DNA of 64,000 nt from Ylistrum balloti (taxonomy: Eukaryota), in NCBI RefSeq assembly GCF_031769215.1, contig NW_026782116.1, positions 186,001 through 250,000 on the forward strand, written 5' to 3'. Below the pieces are notes generated by a model. That model saw nothing but the letters and a program-made list of their open reading frames with translations. It had not been told where the DNA came from and did no database searches. How positions within the stretch are numbered: the stretch's first letter is position 1; each line of letters begins with the position of its first letter. A program made the position numbers and the translations under genes. Shown here piece after piece: positions 47,325 to 61,262 of the stretch.

Positions 47325-49240
47325 CTGTATGTTATGGAAGTTACCTTTATTATCAAGGGTGTCTGTTATGGAAGTTACCTTTATTATCAAGGGTGACTGT
47401 ATATTATGGAAGTTACCTTTATTATCAAGGGTGACTGTTATGGAAGTTAACCTTTATAATCAAGGGCAAGGGTGACTGTTATGGAAGTTAACCTTTATAA
47501 TCAAGGGTGACTGTCTGTTATGGAAGTTAACCTTTATTATCAAGGGTGACTGTCTGTTATGGAAGTTAACCTTTATTATCAAGGGTGACTGTATGTTATA
47601 AAAGTTACCTTTATTATCAAGGGTGACTGTTATGGAAGTTAACCTTTATAATCAAGGGCAAGGGTGACTGTTATGGAAGTTAACCTTTATAATCAAGGGT
47701 GACTGTCTGTTATGGAAGTTAACCTTTATTATCAAGGGTGACTGTCTGTTATGGAAGTTAACCTTTATTATCAAGGGTGACTGTATGTTATGAAAGTTAC
47801 CTTTATTATCAAGGGTGACTGTTATGGAAGTTAACCTTTATAATCAAGGGTGACTGTTATGGAAGTTAACCTTTATAATCAAGGGCAAGGGTGACTGTTA
47901 TGGAAGTTAACCTTTATAATCAAGGGTGACTGTCTGTTATGGAAGTTAACCTTTATTATCAAGGGTGACTGTCTGTTATGGAAGTTAACCTTTATTATCA
48001 AGGGTGACTGTATGTTATGAAAGTTACCTTTATTATCAAGGGTGACTGTTATGGAAGTTAACCTTTATAATCAAGGGTGACTGTTATGGAAGTTAACCTT
48101 TATAATCAAGGGTGACTGTCTATTATGGAAGTTAAATTTTATAATTGGAGTGACTGTCTGTTATGGAAGTTAACCTTTACAACCAATGGTGTCTGTCTGT
48201 TTTGGAAGTTAACCTTTATAACCAATGGTGTCTGTCTGTTATGGAAGTTAAATTTCATAATCTGGGGTGTCTGTATGTTATGGAAGTTAACCTTTATTAT
48301 CAAGGGTGACTGTTATGGAAGTTAACCTTTATTATCAATGGTGTCTGTCTGTTATGGAAGTTAAATTTCATAATCTGGGGTGTCTGTATGTTATGGAAGT
48401 TAACCTTTATTACCAAGGGTGACTGTTATGGAAGTTAACCTTTATTATCAAGGGTGTCTGTATGTTATGGAAGTTAACCTTTATTATCAAGGGTGACTGT
48501 TATGGAGGTTAACCTTTATAATCAAGGGTGACTGTTATGGAAGTTCACCTTTATTATCAAGGGTGACTGTTATGGAAGTTAACCTTTATTATCAAGGGTG
48601 ACTGTTATGGAAGTTAACCTTTATTATCAAGGGTGACTGTTATGGAAGTTAACCTTTATTATCAAGGGTGACTGTTATGGAAGTTTACCTTTATTATCAA
48701 GGGTGACTGTTATGGAAGTTAACCTTTATTATCAAGGGTGATTGTTATGGAAGTTTACCTTTATTATCAAGGGTGACTGTTATGGAAGTTAACCTTTATT
48801 ATCAAGGGTGACTGTTATGGAAGGTAACCTTCATTATCAATGGTGACTGTTATGGAAGTTTACCTTTATAATCAAGGGTGTCTGTATGTTATAGAAGTTA
48901 ACCTTTATTATCAATGGTGACTGTTATGGAAGTTAACCTTTATAATCAAGGGTGTCTGTATGTTATAGAAGTTAACCTTTATTATCAATGGTGACTGTTA
49001 TGGAAGTTAACCTTTATAATCAAGGGTGTCTGTATGTTATAGAAGTTAACCTTCATTATCAAGGGTGACTGTTATGGAAGTTAACTTTTATTATCAAGGG
49101 TGACTGTTATGGAAGTTAACCTTTATTATCAAGGGTGACTGTTATGGAAGTTAACCTTTATTATTAAGGGTGACTGTCTGTTATGGAAGTTAACCTTTAT
49201 TATCAAGGGTGACTGTCTGCAATGGAAGTTTACTTTTATA
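47325..49240. repeat. 35/39-bp minisatellite (atcaagggtgactgttatggaagttaacctttatt), about 50 copies
   Basis: 35-nt spacing at 48556/48591; variants carry a 4-nt tctg insertion. Confidence 0.96.
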
Positions 49241-49249
49241 ATAAAGGGT

Positions 49250-49600
49250 CCAAACTGAATTACAGACCAATTTTAGTCCTCATTGAAAAAATAAACCAAT
49301 GTTGGTCCAAACTGAAATATAGACCAGTGTTTGTCCTTATTGAAGTACCGATTAATGTTAGTCCTTAATGAAATACAGACCAATATTAGTCCAAGATGAT
49401 ATACAGACTGATGTTAGGCCAAACTGAAATACAGACCAATGTTAGGCCAAGCTGAAATACAGACTGATTTTAGGTAAACTTAAATACAGACCAATGTTAG
49501 GCGAAACTGAAATACAGACCGACGTTAAGCCAATCTGAAATACAAACTGATGTTGGTCCAAACTGAAAACAGACCGAAGTTGGTCCAAACTGAAACACTG
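49250..49600. repeat. Degenerate repeat of about 29 bp (ccaaactgaaatacagaccaatgttagg), about 11 copies
   Basis: abuts the 35-bp array. Confidence 0.8.
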
Positions 49601-51419
49601 AACAATGTCTCATTCAAGATAATTGTAATGACAGCCATACAATACAAAAAGTTGAATAGTCATCATTGCTGTTAGGAGATCTAAAGTGTTTGTAGTCAGC
49701 AGAATGTATAGTTTGGTTACTAATTCCTGAGGCGCTGATGTCAGAGCCACTCCTACATAAATGTATCAGCTAGCATGTCTTCATTTACAGCTTGGCGACA
49801 TAAAGTGTGATCTTTGCTAACATTGTGATTAGAATATTATTTTGTAGTCTTAGGTTTGGATTACATTGTCACAGAAAAGCACTAAAAGAATGATTTACCT
49901 GAAGTTTTCTTCCTTCCAAGCAGTGGTCTGGATATCATACAAAATTCATATCATCAATTTGATATAATTTGTTGTAGGGGAAATTATATTGAATCTCACA
50001 GTAAGATTCGGCTATATTTGTGTATGGAAAAGGTCGTCAATCTATCACTCTGGAGAAAACAAATTACCTAGGATCTTACCTAATGGTATATATGTACAGA
50101 TAACCTGGCTGCTCCTCAATTATTGTATACCTCTGAAAACTTATTTCGATTTAGAAAAGTCTCTGTGGACTTTGATACATGATTATACGAAAACAATTTC
50201 TGTTGTCAATGATGGAAGTCTGCTTCTAATAAAACATCAGTGTAATTTCATTAATAATGAAACTGTCAAAAAAAATTGTGTTTATGAGATTAAATTTGAA
50301 TAAATTTGCTTGTAATTTATACGTGAGGCTGTAAATAATTAGCACAGAATACCAGTGGTGTCATTGCTGGGATGAAAATGTGCATGTTGTAGAAAGATAG
50401 ATTAGTGTGGCTAAATTAATTTCTTTGTCAAGAAGTATGAACATTTTTGGTGTGAGATGAAATGTTGAAGTTTTCTTCTCCTCTCTGAGGCTTCATATGG
50501 CAAGGTTTGATTTCCAATGGTAAATCTTTATTTTGGAATAACAATTTACTTTATCCATTGTTATTTTCTGCATATTTCCTTGGAATAATTAAACAGAGAC
50601 CACCTATATGCTGGGTGTTAATTACTTAACTCAACATGTTCTGACATGTAATATTGATTACAGGTATAAAGGTGTTGTACAGATGTTGCCATGCTACTCC
50701 TAGAAATCTACCACCAGTATGTTACAACCTCTGATGCAGACATTATATCTTACAAATACTGGCCATATGAGATGACATTGTAGGATTTCCTGGCCACTAG
50801 TATGATTGTAGGATTTCTGCCCAGTATAAGTATATACATGGCTGTACATGACAACAAACCTTTGTTAACTAGGGTAAACAGGGTTAAACTACAATAGATT
50901 CCGGGAACAATATCTTGTACATCAAATCTACAATTGTAAACCCAGATATTGCATGTTCGGAGTCTACAGGATAAGTAGGGTAACACTACAAAAGATATCA
51001 GGAAGGATTATAATCAGGAAAATCAAAACTATCATTGTAAACCCAGATATTACAGACTTTTTAATTGTTATGTATAGTCCTGATATTATATCTTATGAGA
51101 ATTATATTTTTGATGCAAGAAAATGAAAGGTGACTGCATCATAAAGATCCAGGGCAAACTAGGTTGTGCAGCTGGCAATATTGACACCCAGCCAGGAGCT
51201 TGACTATTAAATACACTCATGACATCAATAAGCTGATAACAATGCCTTTGTTTCTAAGTAATCACTGAATGACTTTAAAGTCCGAAGGTCAGCAGCGTCT
51301 GATCTGTAAATTTAATTCATCAGTCCTTTGTCATGTTAAAAATCTTACTGTATTCATTTCCATTGCTAAATGTTATTAAGCCCAGTCATATACATCTGTT
51401 GCTGTTTTGAAGAATAACC

Positions 51420-51995
51420 TGCAAATATTATTAAATCGTACTATAATAAGCCCACATATTTCATTTTCCTGTAGTAAGCTGCCAAATATCTGTTGCTTTT
51501 CAGAATAATTACCAACAAATGCTACATCATTGTCTTGTAATAAGCCCACCAATATCTATTGCTGTTCAGTAGAATTACCATTAGATACTATTTCATTGTC
51601 CTGTAATAAGCCCACCCATATCTATTGCTGTTTTTCTCCTGTAATAAGCCCACCATTATATATTGCTGTTTTTCTCCTGTGATAAGCCCGCCAATATATA
51701 TTGCTGTTTTTCTCCTGTAATAAGCCCGCCAATATATATTGCTGTTTTTCTCCTGTAATAAGCCCACCAACATATATTGCTGTTTTTCTCCTGTAATAAG
51801 CCCACCAATATATATTGCTGTTTAGTAGAATTACCAACAAATACTATTTCATTGTCCAGTAATGTACCCACTCATATCTATTGCGTTTTAGTAGAATCAT
51901 CAACAAATGCTATTTCACTGTCCTGTAATAAGCCCACCAATATCTATTGCTGTTTAGTAGAATGATCAACAAATACTATATATTTGTCCTTTAAT
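51420..51995. repeat. About 38-bp repeat (attgctgtttttctcctgtaataagcccaccaatatat) with longer degenerate flanking units
   Basis: tandem copies at 51620-51820 plus related flanks. Confidence 0.85.
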
Positions 51996-52591
51996 AAGCC
52001 CTTCTTTTTTAATTTGAGTCAAAAGTTATGTGTCCATCACATGAACTTGTTGAAAGTTGAATACAGTAGCATGTCTGGCATTTTGAGTATTATTTCAACA
52101 GGTGTTTTTGTAATGATGAAAATGAAAAAAAGGATTGCTTACAAGTGCAATGTATGTTGGGTGTAGAAAGGGTGGATTTCTCAAGCAGCTGTACAATATA
52201 GACTGGGATCATGTATATCTTAAACTGTTTGGCAGTGTGAACTCTGAAGTTACACATCGTGATTTATATGACTGATGTGTGAGAATGATGTACCTGGAAT
52301 CCTGGATGCTATTTTGGTAGCTTGGTTTTAAGGAGTCTTAATTGATTTAGTACCAAAGTAATTCTAGAGGCTTAAATACATGTAATAAATTCACCTGTAA
52401 CTGTGGTAACTGTTTAGAAGAAATGCCAAAAACTGTTCTGTCATTGCTGTTGTCTCTGCTTTATGTCAGAAATTATAACTTTGAACCCTTTGTCTATTGT
52501 CAGATAGATACATGGTACATACATGTATGTTATACATGTATCAAGGTCCTAAACTACCTAACAGACCTAAAAAATGCCCAATGTCACTTAC

Positions 52592-52728
52592 GAAAGACCC
52601 ATTCTGAATATTGTGGTGATTGCCAGAAAGACCCATTCTGAATATTGTGGTGATTACCAGAAAGACCCATTCTGAATATTGTGGTGATTGCCAGAAAGAC
52701 CCATTCTGAATATTGTGGTGATTGCCAG
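52592..52728. repeat. 34-bp tandem repeat x4
   Basis: gaaagacccattctgaatattgtggtgattgcca. Confidence 0.92.
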
Positions 52729-54879
52729 CTTGTATTTAGGTCTAGATATTATGGTTATTACATACTATGTGATTGTAGGTACTAAGTATGACAACCCAGA
52801 TACATTCACACCCACCTCCACAACCTATATATAGTTGTGAGTTATCAATTATTAACTAAATTTGATTTGCAACAGTGTAAGGTGTCTAAACAAAAAAACC
52901 CAATGACATTGTGTCATGTACCATTGTGAGAGCTTTACATAATAGATGAATCTCTTTACACTTTCATAAGAAGTTGCAAACATTGTTATATTACCTATAT
53001 GATGTTTTAACCTTTTCAATGTATGATTTCAGTTTTGATTGGTTACACATGTGTGATAAGCTACTTTGGAATAACTTATAAAGATATGTACAAACTTTTC
53101 CACATACTTCAGATGTTTGTTCTTAAGTGATAAATGTTTTTTTTTATGCTGGGCTTATCTCCCTGTAAAAAGCCATGGTCACTTTCATGTTTGGTGTCCT
53201 TGTAGTAGCTGATCACTACCTTATTTCATTAGTATAAGATATTTGCACCTATTTTCTCTTCACCAAACATTGGCATATAAACTACTTTTAAGAAATTTTG
53301 AACCATTAAAAGCTCGAATGTATACACATCATTTGGCAAATTTTAAGATTCAAAAAGGTTTTTAGAAAACTTGCTTGATAATTATGCAAAGACAGCATTT
53401 AACATGCTTAAGGTGAGAAGTATCTATTAAAACGATACCAAAACAGATTAAAATTAATAAAAGTGGGTCCAATTGAAAATACAACAAGACGTTATGTGAA
53501 GTTCAGAAGGTCACCACAAAAACAACATGACCAATCTGCATGCGAAGATGTACAGGTGAAGTAGGCATGTTCACAGGTAAAGTTCAATGCTGCACAAGCT
53601 GCATGTGGGTGAATTTTCATTTGAGGGCTCTCTGTAGTCTTAATAGGGCGAATGTGTGTTTATAGTTAATACCGACCACATATTGAAATGTCTACAGATT
53701 TTCTGACTTTGGTTTGGAAATGATCATAAATGGAGGCATGTAGAGACTTTGTGTACATTTATTGTAATGAATATGCTATATCAATTATAAAAGTACCATC
53801 TTTATCATGCAATAAGCACAGGGGCCGACACAGAACTTCTGATTCAAGGCAAAATGGACTAATTGCGATAAAAGAACATTTGTAATTTAAGTATAAAGTT
53901 AAAGATATGGGTGGGCTTATTACAAGACATATACATATTGCTTGATCAATACGGTAAGGTAAGCCTTTTTCTGTGATACCATTCTGAAGTTCCTGTACCT
54001 GAATAGACAAAGATTAGTATAGAATTAGCTAGACCTACATACTTATACCTTACATTGATTTAAGTAGTCTTGTGTTATATTATTATACAACCTACCGACA
54101 GGTGCTGTGGCTTTGTTTGATTCTGACTTTCAGACATTATCTACACCACGAAATGGTTGCAGCTTTCACTTGTTATTAATTTTAGTTTGGCAGTAAAGTA
54201 GGTTTTCAAAGTTGTGTAGAAAACTTGAAAGTGCAGCCAAAATATGCCACAGTCAGTTAAAAATATCATCACTTAGAACATTTTAAGCACTCACTTAGCA
54301 ACTCCATTGAGTAACCCAAGAGAATGCATAAATTTATTATAGATGATGTAATTGATGAGTACCGTTTACAGCAGTGAGACAGCGAATGGGGCCTGATACA
54401 TGGACCTGGTTCTCAGACAGATATTACAGAGATAAATAATTTAAAAGTCGTAATTTAGCATAGGACAAAACAACACTTGCATCACAACTGGAGGGCAAAG
54501 TGGTGGCTTTAGTTAGCTGCGAGGCATCATTGATTTTGGTATTTTATCAGTATGACACAGGATACAGCTTGTAATTTATGTCTCACAGCTTTGGGATATA
54601 TGGTGGCATTGCATGTGCTTGTAAATTTATCAGTTTTCAAAAATGACAAAGTTTTCTTTACAACATTTCTTGAAAGATTCATTGATAACGTGCATGTTAC
54701 AGGCTTCCTGTTACAGCAGATTCTTTAGTGCTCGGTTCCTATTCCATATAAGGATTGTTGATGATCTTAATTCAAATTAGTGCGGAGTGTTTGTTTTTTA
54801 TTTGGTAGCTTTTTAGAATTGTTTATATAGCAGAAAATTTTAAAGTGGAAAAATGATAAAGATTACCATCTTAATATTT

Positions 54880-54992
54880 TCGTTTTCAATTTAATTAGCT
54901 GAATATTTGAAAATATTTTTGTTTTCAATTTAATTAGCTGAATATTTGAAAATATTTTCCGTTTTCAATTTAATTAGCTGAATATTTGAAAA
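54880..54992. repeat. About 39-bp tandem triplication
   Basis: gttttcaatttaattagctgaatatttgaaaa three times. Confidence 0.88.
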
Positions 54993-55790
54993 ATGAGAAA
55001 AAGGTAAATGATTTTTAAAAATTCATTTACAGTTATAAGATAATAATTCCTGGAGGACCATGCTCCCAACACCATATGGGTTAAAAGACATAAGAGATGA
55101 TACACACTGATAATGAACGTAAAGATCTTCTTGTAGATCAACAGGATATGTTGAGACGCCCTGAAATTACTGAATCAATTTACCAAAGTTATTTTAGAAA
55201 TGTATAAACATTGGTATCAGATCCAGTCAAAGCAGTCCCACAGGGCAGGCCTAAAGAGACAGTTACAGAGAGAGAAATATTACCTTATAGTTCCATTCTA
55301 CCACCAGTTTCCCCGTTTAGTTCTATGAAAGTATTGGGGTTGAGATGGGAGTGTATTTAGTTGTCAAGGTGAAACCTCCACCAAGAGGTAATCCTAGTAG
55401 CTATAAATGTGATATCAATTTTACATTCTGTGTTGCATTCAAATGTTGCCACTTACTAAAAGGATCAACTTCCATTTATAATTTCAACTTTTCAATGAAA
55501 TCTGACTGAGAGCTGAATCAATTATTAATGAAATATCAGCCTGCAATAAATCACTTTCATTTCAAATGAACAAAAAAATGTAATAGTTTACACTTTTATA
55601 TCAATAATCTAGTGACTATACTATTTCATACAATTGCTATTTATGATGACACAAAAAATATCATTATAGCTGTTCTCAGATGCTAACTTGCTGACATCAG
55701 CATTTGATTAGGCGAGTAATTTTAACGTTTCCTGATTTTTGTTTTATTTTGATTTTTAATTGATATTTGAGAATGGAAATATAAATACTG

Positions 55791-55934
55791 AACTGTAACC
55801 AGATGGGGTAAACAATGATATGTAGCAAATCTTGGTGGAAGATAAATATTCATGGCACCCTTACGGACGCCATTCTATTTATCTTCCAACAGGATTGACT
55901 TCATTTCAACTGTATTACCCATCTGGTAACAGTT
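55791..55934. mobile_element. Palindromic MITE-like element (about 144 bp)
   Basis: termini aactgtaaccagatggggtaa / ttacccatctggtaacagtt; inner inverted repeats gaagataaata / tatttatcttc and atggc / gccat. Confidence 0.7.
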
Positions 55935-57994
55935 TATTGTTTAAAGGGATTTCATAGAGTCAAAGTTTTAAAATGTTTTTAGTAAAAAGTTCTATAAACC
56001 AAGTAAAGTAATTGACATTTAAGAGTCAATTATCATATTTCTTTGCCATTTAACTGTGTGTTATGTACTCTTATAGTAAGTTGAAAGATTATGATGAAAC
56101 ATCAAATTACACAGAATGATTAAGTAGGTAGTCATACAGACGTGTTTTGTGTGATGGTGTCTTGGTAAAAACTTCCTCTATTTTAAGCACTGTAGCAATA
56201 AAAAGCTTTCATGAAAGCTGACATAAAGAATTACCCAGTAAGTGTCTTAGTATGTCTTTGTAGTATTAAACTGTTACTGTTACGCTGTTGCAAGACTTTT
56301 TACTTTTGAAATGAAGAGAATGGTATTAGTTGATTGGTTTCTGGAGGTATGTATTTCGCTACAAAGGACCAGGGCTGAAACTATTGGAAAGGGCATTTTA
56401 TTGATCCTGGGACAGCAAAATGTCATGGAGCATTTGGTTAACCATGTAACACCCCTAGATACTTATAGTAGGTTGCCTTTTCTATTGATTTGGACCATTC
56501 TTATTGTCATTGTGAGGGATGAAAGGTCAACACTGGTTAACCATTTTATACCTGTTGGGGTAACCCATTACCCAAAATTACACACTTGAATCAATTTTCT
56601 ATTGTCTTGGATGAGTCCATTCATGTTTTCAGGTAAGAGAAGAAATTGTATAGAAATTTCAATTAGAAATTTTGTTCAGAGATAGCTGAATCAATTTCAA
56701 TTGAAAGTGAAATGGTAAAGTTTAATCAAAAGTTAGTGTTTGTTCTAAAGGTAATAAAGAAAGGAGAGTGCTACTTGGATAAATGATGCTGTGCTTCAGT
56801 TGACAATTGTATTGAAATAAAGATGGATAAATGATCATGTTTGTTAAATTTTATGATGCAGCAAAATATTGTATCTGGCAGGATTGTTATCATTCTGTTC
56901 TTGAATAATTTTGATGGCATGTTTGCTCAAAATTAAAACTTTTATGTCCTTATCAATCCAATGTCAAATGACAATGGTCAAAGTCTCTCTGAAAATTAAA
57001 ATGTTTGAAATTCTACTGTTACTTTGATGAATCACTCAAACCCAATTCATAATGTTACTTTAGTTTTACTACCATACTCATCGATCTAATCATTCACTTC
57101 CAGAATGGTTGTTGATGATTCCTCAGTCTAGGGACTGACATAGGAAACAATCTGTAGGCAAGGTCACTGAAAGGTCAAGATCACGTGAAGATATACCATT
57201 TTAATGACAATCCCAATGTCACCACACAAACTTTTGTATTTCTCTATCTGCAGGCAATAATGTCGCTTTCCATGTATGATTTCCTTGGATTTGCATGAGC
57301 CATGATACAATGTAGCTGTTAATAGGTCAAGGTCACTTTTTACTTAATATTTACATTATGTAAGATCTATTTATGGCATGATTGATCAAAGTTCAAGGTC
57401 ACACTACTAAAATAGAATTTCACCTTTACGGTGTCACTACTGACAACAGTAAAGTTCTCCCACTGACAGGTGTTAGCTACATAAAAACCAAACTGAGCAG
57501 CACAATTAGACTCTGCTGTTGATTGGATGATAAAAAGTACTGTCAAAACCTGCTGATTATTTTGCCATAAAAGAGCTGCATGGTGTGAGGTTATTTGTAC
57601 TGGTATAACAATGGCTGAATCATCTTATGATGTCTATCAGTTTTGTTGCTCTAACCTTTCTCAGGTAGCAGTTGTGTATTTTTTGTAGTTTGGTGATTCC
57701 ATAGTGTGTCAGTTCTATCATGGGTGATTACAAACAATTAGCCATCCCACAGAATCACAGCAAAACACCAGGAATTGGATTGTCAGAGGCTCATTTCTGA
57801 GTTAAAACAATAAAGAATATATCAGTAGAAATGTTGTATAATTATTGGTACTTTGTAGATAACTGGACTAAACATGGCATCTTGTTGAATAACAAAAATC
57901 TACTGATTAACAGTACCAGTTATACCTAAGTACGAAGTACTGTTTTATCATAGACTTAGCCGTCTACCAAATTCTTATCTAACATTATATATCA

Positions 57995-59540
57995 TACATC
58001 TTATTTGAGTACTCACATCTTACCTAAGCCCAATACTATGTTAACAATATATATATATATATCACACATCTTACCTGTCTACCCAGTTGTTAACAATATA
58101 TATATATCACACATCTTACCTGTCTACCCAGTTGTTAACAATATATATATATCACACATCTTACCTGTCTACCCAGTTGTTAACAATATATATATATATC
58201 ACACATCTTACCTGTCTACCCAGTTGTTAACAATATATATCACACATCTTACCTGCACACCCAGTTGTTAACAATATATATCACACATCTTACCTGTACA
58301 CCCAGTTGTTAACAATATATATATATCACACATCTTACCTGTATACCCAGTTGTTAACAATATATATATATCATACATCTTACCTGTCTACCCAGTTGTT
58401 AACAATATATATATATATCACACATCTTACCTGTTTACCCAGTTGTTAACAATATATATATATATCACACATCTTACCTGTCTACCCAGTTGTTAACAAT
58501 ATATATATATCACACATCTTACCTGTACACCCAGTTGTTAACAATATATATATATATCACACATCTTACCTGTCTACCCAGTTGTTAACAATATATATCA
58601 CACATCTTACCTGTACACCCAGTTGTTAACAATATATATATATATCACATCTTACCTGTCTACCCAGTTGTTAACAATATATATATATCACACATCTTAC
58701 CTGTCTACCCAGTTGTTAACAATATATATATATATCACACATCTTACCTGTCTACCCAGTTGTTAACAATATATATCACACATATATATATATATCACAC
58801 ATCTTACCTGTTAACAATATATATATATACCTGTCTACCCAGTTGTTAACAATATATATATATATCACACATATATATATATATCACACATCTTGCACAC
58901 CAGTTGTACCTGTACACCCAGTTGTTAACAATATATATATATGCACACCCATAACAATATATATCACACATCTTACCTGTACACCCAGTTGTTAACAATA
59001 TATATATATATACCTGTATACCCAGTTGTTAACAATATATATATATCATACATCTTACCTGTCTACCCAGTTGTTAACAATATATATATATATCACACAT
59101 CTTACCTGTCTACCCAGTTGTTAACAATATATATATATATCACACATCTTACCTGTCTACCCAGTTGTTAACAATATATATCACACATCTTACCTGTCTA
59201 CCCAGTTGTTAACAATATATATCACACATCTTACCTGTACACCCAGTTGTTAACAATATATATATATATCACACATCTTACCTGTATACCCAGTTGTTAA
59301 CAATATATATATATATCACACATCTTACCTGTATACCCAGTTGTTAACAATATATATATATATCACACATCTTACCTGTATACCCAGTTGTTAACAATAT
59401 ATATATATATCACACATCTTACCTGTATACCCAGTTGTTAACAATATATATATATATCACACATCTTACCTGTATACCCAGTTGTTAACAATATATATAT
59501 ATATCACACATCTTACCTGTCTACCCAGTTGTTAACAATA
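57995..59540. repeat. About 41-45-bp compound minisatellite ((AT)n-cacacatcttacctgtctacccagttgttaaca), roughly 35 copies
   Basis: tandem units differing in (AT)n length; each contains tcttacctg, the reverse complement of CAGGTAAGA. Confidence 0.96.
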
Positions 59541-60045
59541 TAAATCAGACAAATTACTGGAGTACCCAACATGTTAACATAGTGTATCAGACACTTTACC
59601 TGAGTACAGGATACAATGTTATGCTTTAGTACACTCACTACTTTACCTAAGTGTACGTACTCGGGTATAAAGTGTACAGTAATATATATATACCTAAGAA
59701 CTTTAATATACCTTTTTAATATATACATGTAACATTTCTACAATTTATCCTCAGGCACATCCATTGTTGTGGGAGAAACTTGTCTGGACACAGTTAATAG
59801 AGGTGTTATACTTTCATGTTTATACTGTGACCGTTTTACACAAGGTTTACTGTCCTCTGATAATTGAGGTGTTTATTCTACTGTTACAAATTACTGTCTG
59901 ATCAGGCATGTTTTCTTTCTGTTGAATTATTAACAAGTCTATACAACTGTACTGATATTGAGTGCTTGGGCACCAAGTTCAGCACTTTGTTATGCTTAAC
60001 TGTCTTCATTTAAAATGCATATGCTTGTACTGCTGGCATGAGCAA

Positions 60046-61262
60046 TTGTTCATGATCAGCGGGCTTGAATTGTATTCACATTTGTTATATCATACGTAAC
60101 GTATGAAAGAACGACATGATCAGCGGGCTTGAATAGTATTCACATTTGTTATATCATACGTAACGTATGTAAGAACGACATGATCAGCGGGCTTGAATTG
60201 TATTCACATTTGTTATATCATACGTAACGTATGTAAGAACGACATGATCAGCAAGCTTGAATTGTATTCACATTTGTTATATCATACGTAACGTATGTAA
60301 GAACGACATGATCAGCAAGCTTGAATAGTATTCACATTTGTTATATCATACGTAACGTATGTAAGAACGACATGATCAGCAAGCTTGAATTGTATTTACA
60401 TTTGTTATATCATACGTAACGTATGTAAGAACAACATGATGAGCAAGCTTGAATTGTATTCACATTTGTTATATCATACGTAACGTATGTAAGAACGACA
60501 TGATCAGCGGGCTTGAATTGTATTCACATTTGTTATATCATACGTAACGTATGTAAGAACGACATGATCAGCGGGCTTGAATTGTATTTACATTTGTTAT
60601 ATCTTACGTAACGTATGTAAGAACGACATGATCAGCGGGCTTGAATAGTATTCACATTTGTTATATCATACGTAACGTATGTAAGAACGACATGATCAGC
60701 GGGCTTGAATTGTATTCACATTTGTTATATCATACGTAACGTATGAAAGAACGACATGATCAGCGGGCTTGAATTGTATTCACATTTGTTATATCATACG
60801 TAACGTATGTAAGAACGACATGATCAGCAAGCTTGAATAGTATTCACATTTGTTATATATATAACGTATGTAAGAACGACATGATCAGCAAGCTTGAATT
60901 GTATTTACATTTGTTATATCATACGTAACGTATGTAAGAACAACATGATCAGCAAGCTTGAATTGTATTCACATTTGTTATATCATACGTAACGTATGTA
61001 AGAACGACATGATCAGCGGGCTTGAATTGTATTCACATTTGTTATATCATACGTAACGTATGACAGAACGACATGATCAGCGGGCTTGAATTGTATTCAC
61101 ATTGGTTATATCATATGTAACGTATGTAAGAACGACATGATCAGCGGGCTTGAATAGTATTCACATTTGTTATATCATACGTAACGTATGAAAGAACGAC
61201 ATGATCAGCGGGCTTGAATTGTATTCACATTTGTTATATCATACGTAACGTATGAAAGAACA
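60046..61262. repeat. 64-bp minisatellite, about 19 copies, containing the palindrome catacgt-a-acgtatg
   Basis: 64-nt spacing at 60052/60116. Confidence 0.96.

Noticed and set aside
56311-56589. 92-aa ORF as the next ABCA exon
   Set aside because: No resemblance to the expected hydrophobic W-x-L-x-x-E-I-x-x-P-L segment and no suitable splice flanks.
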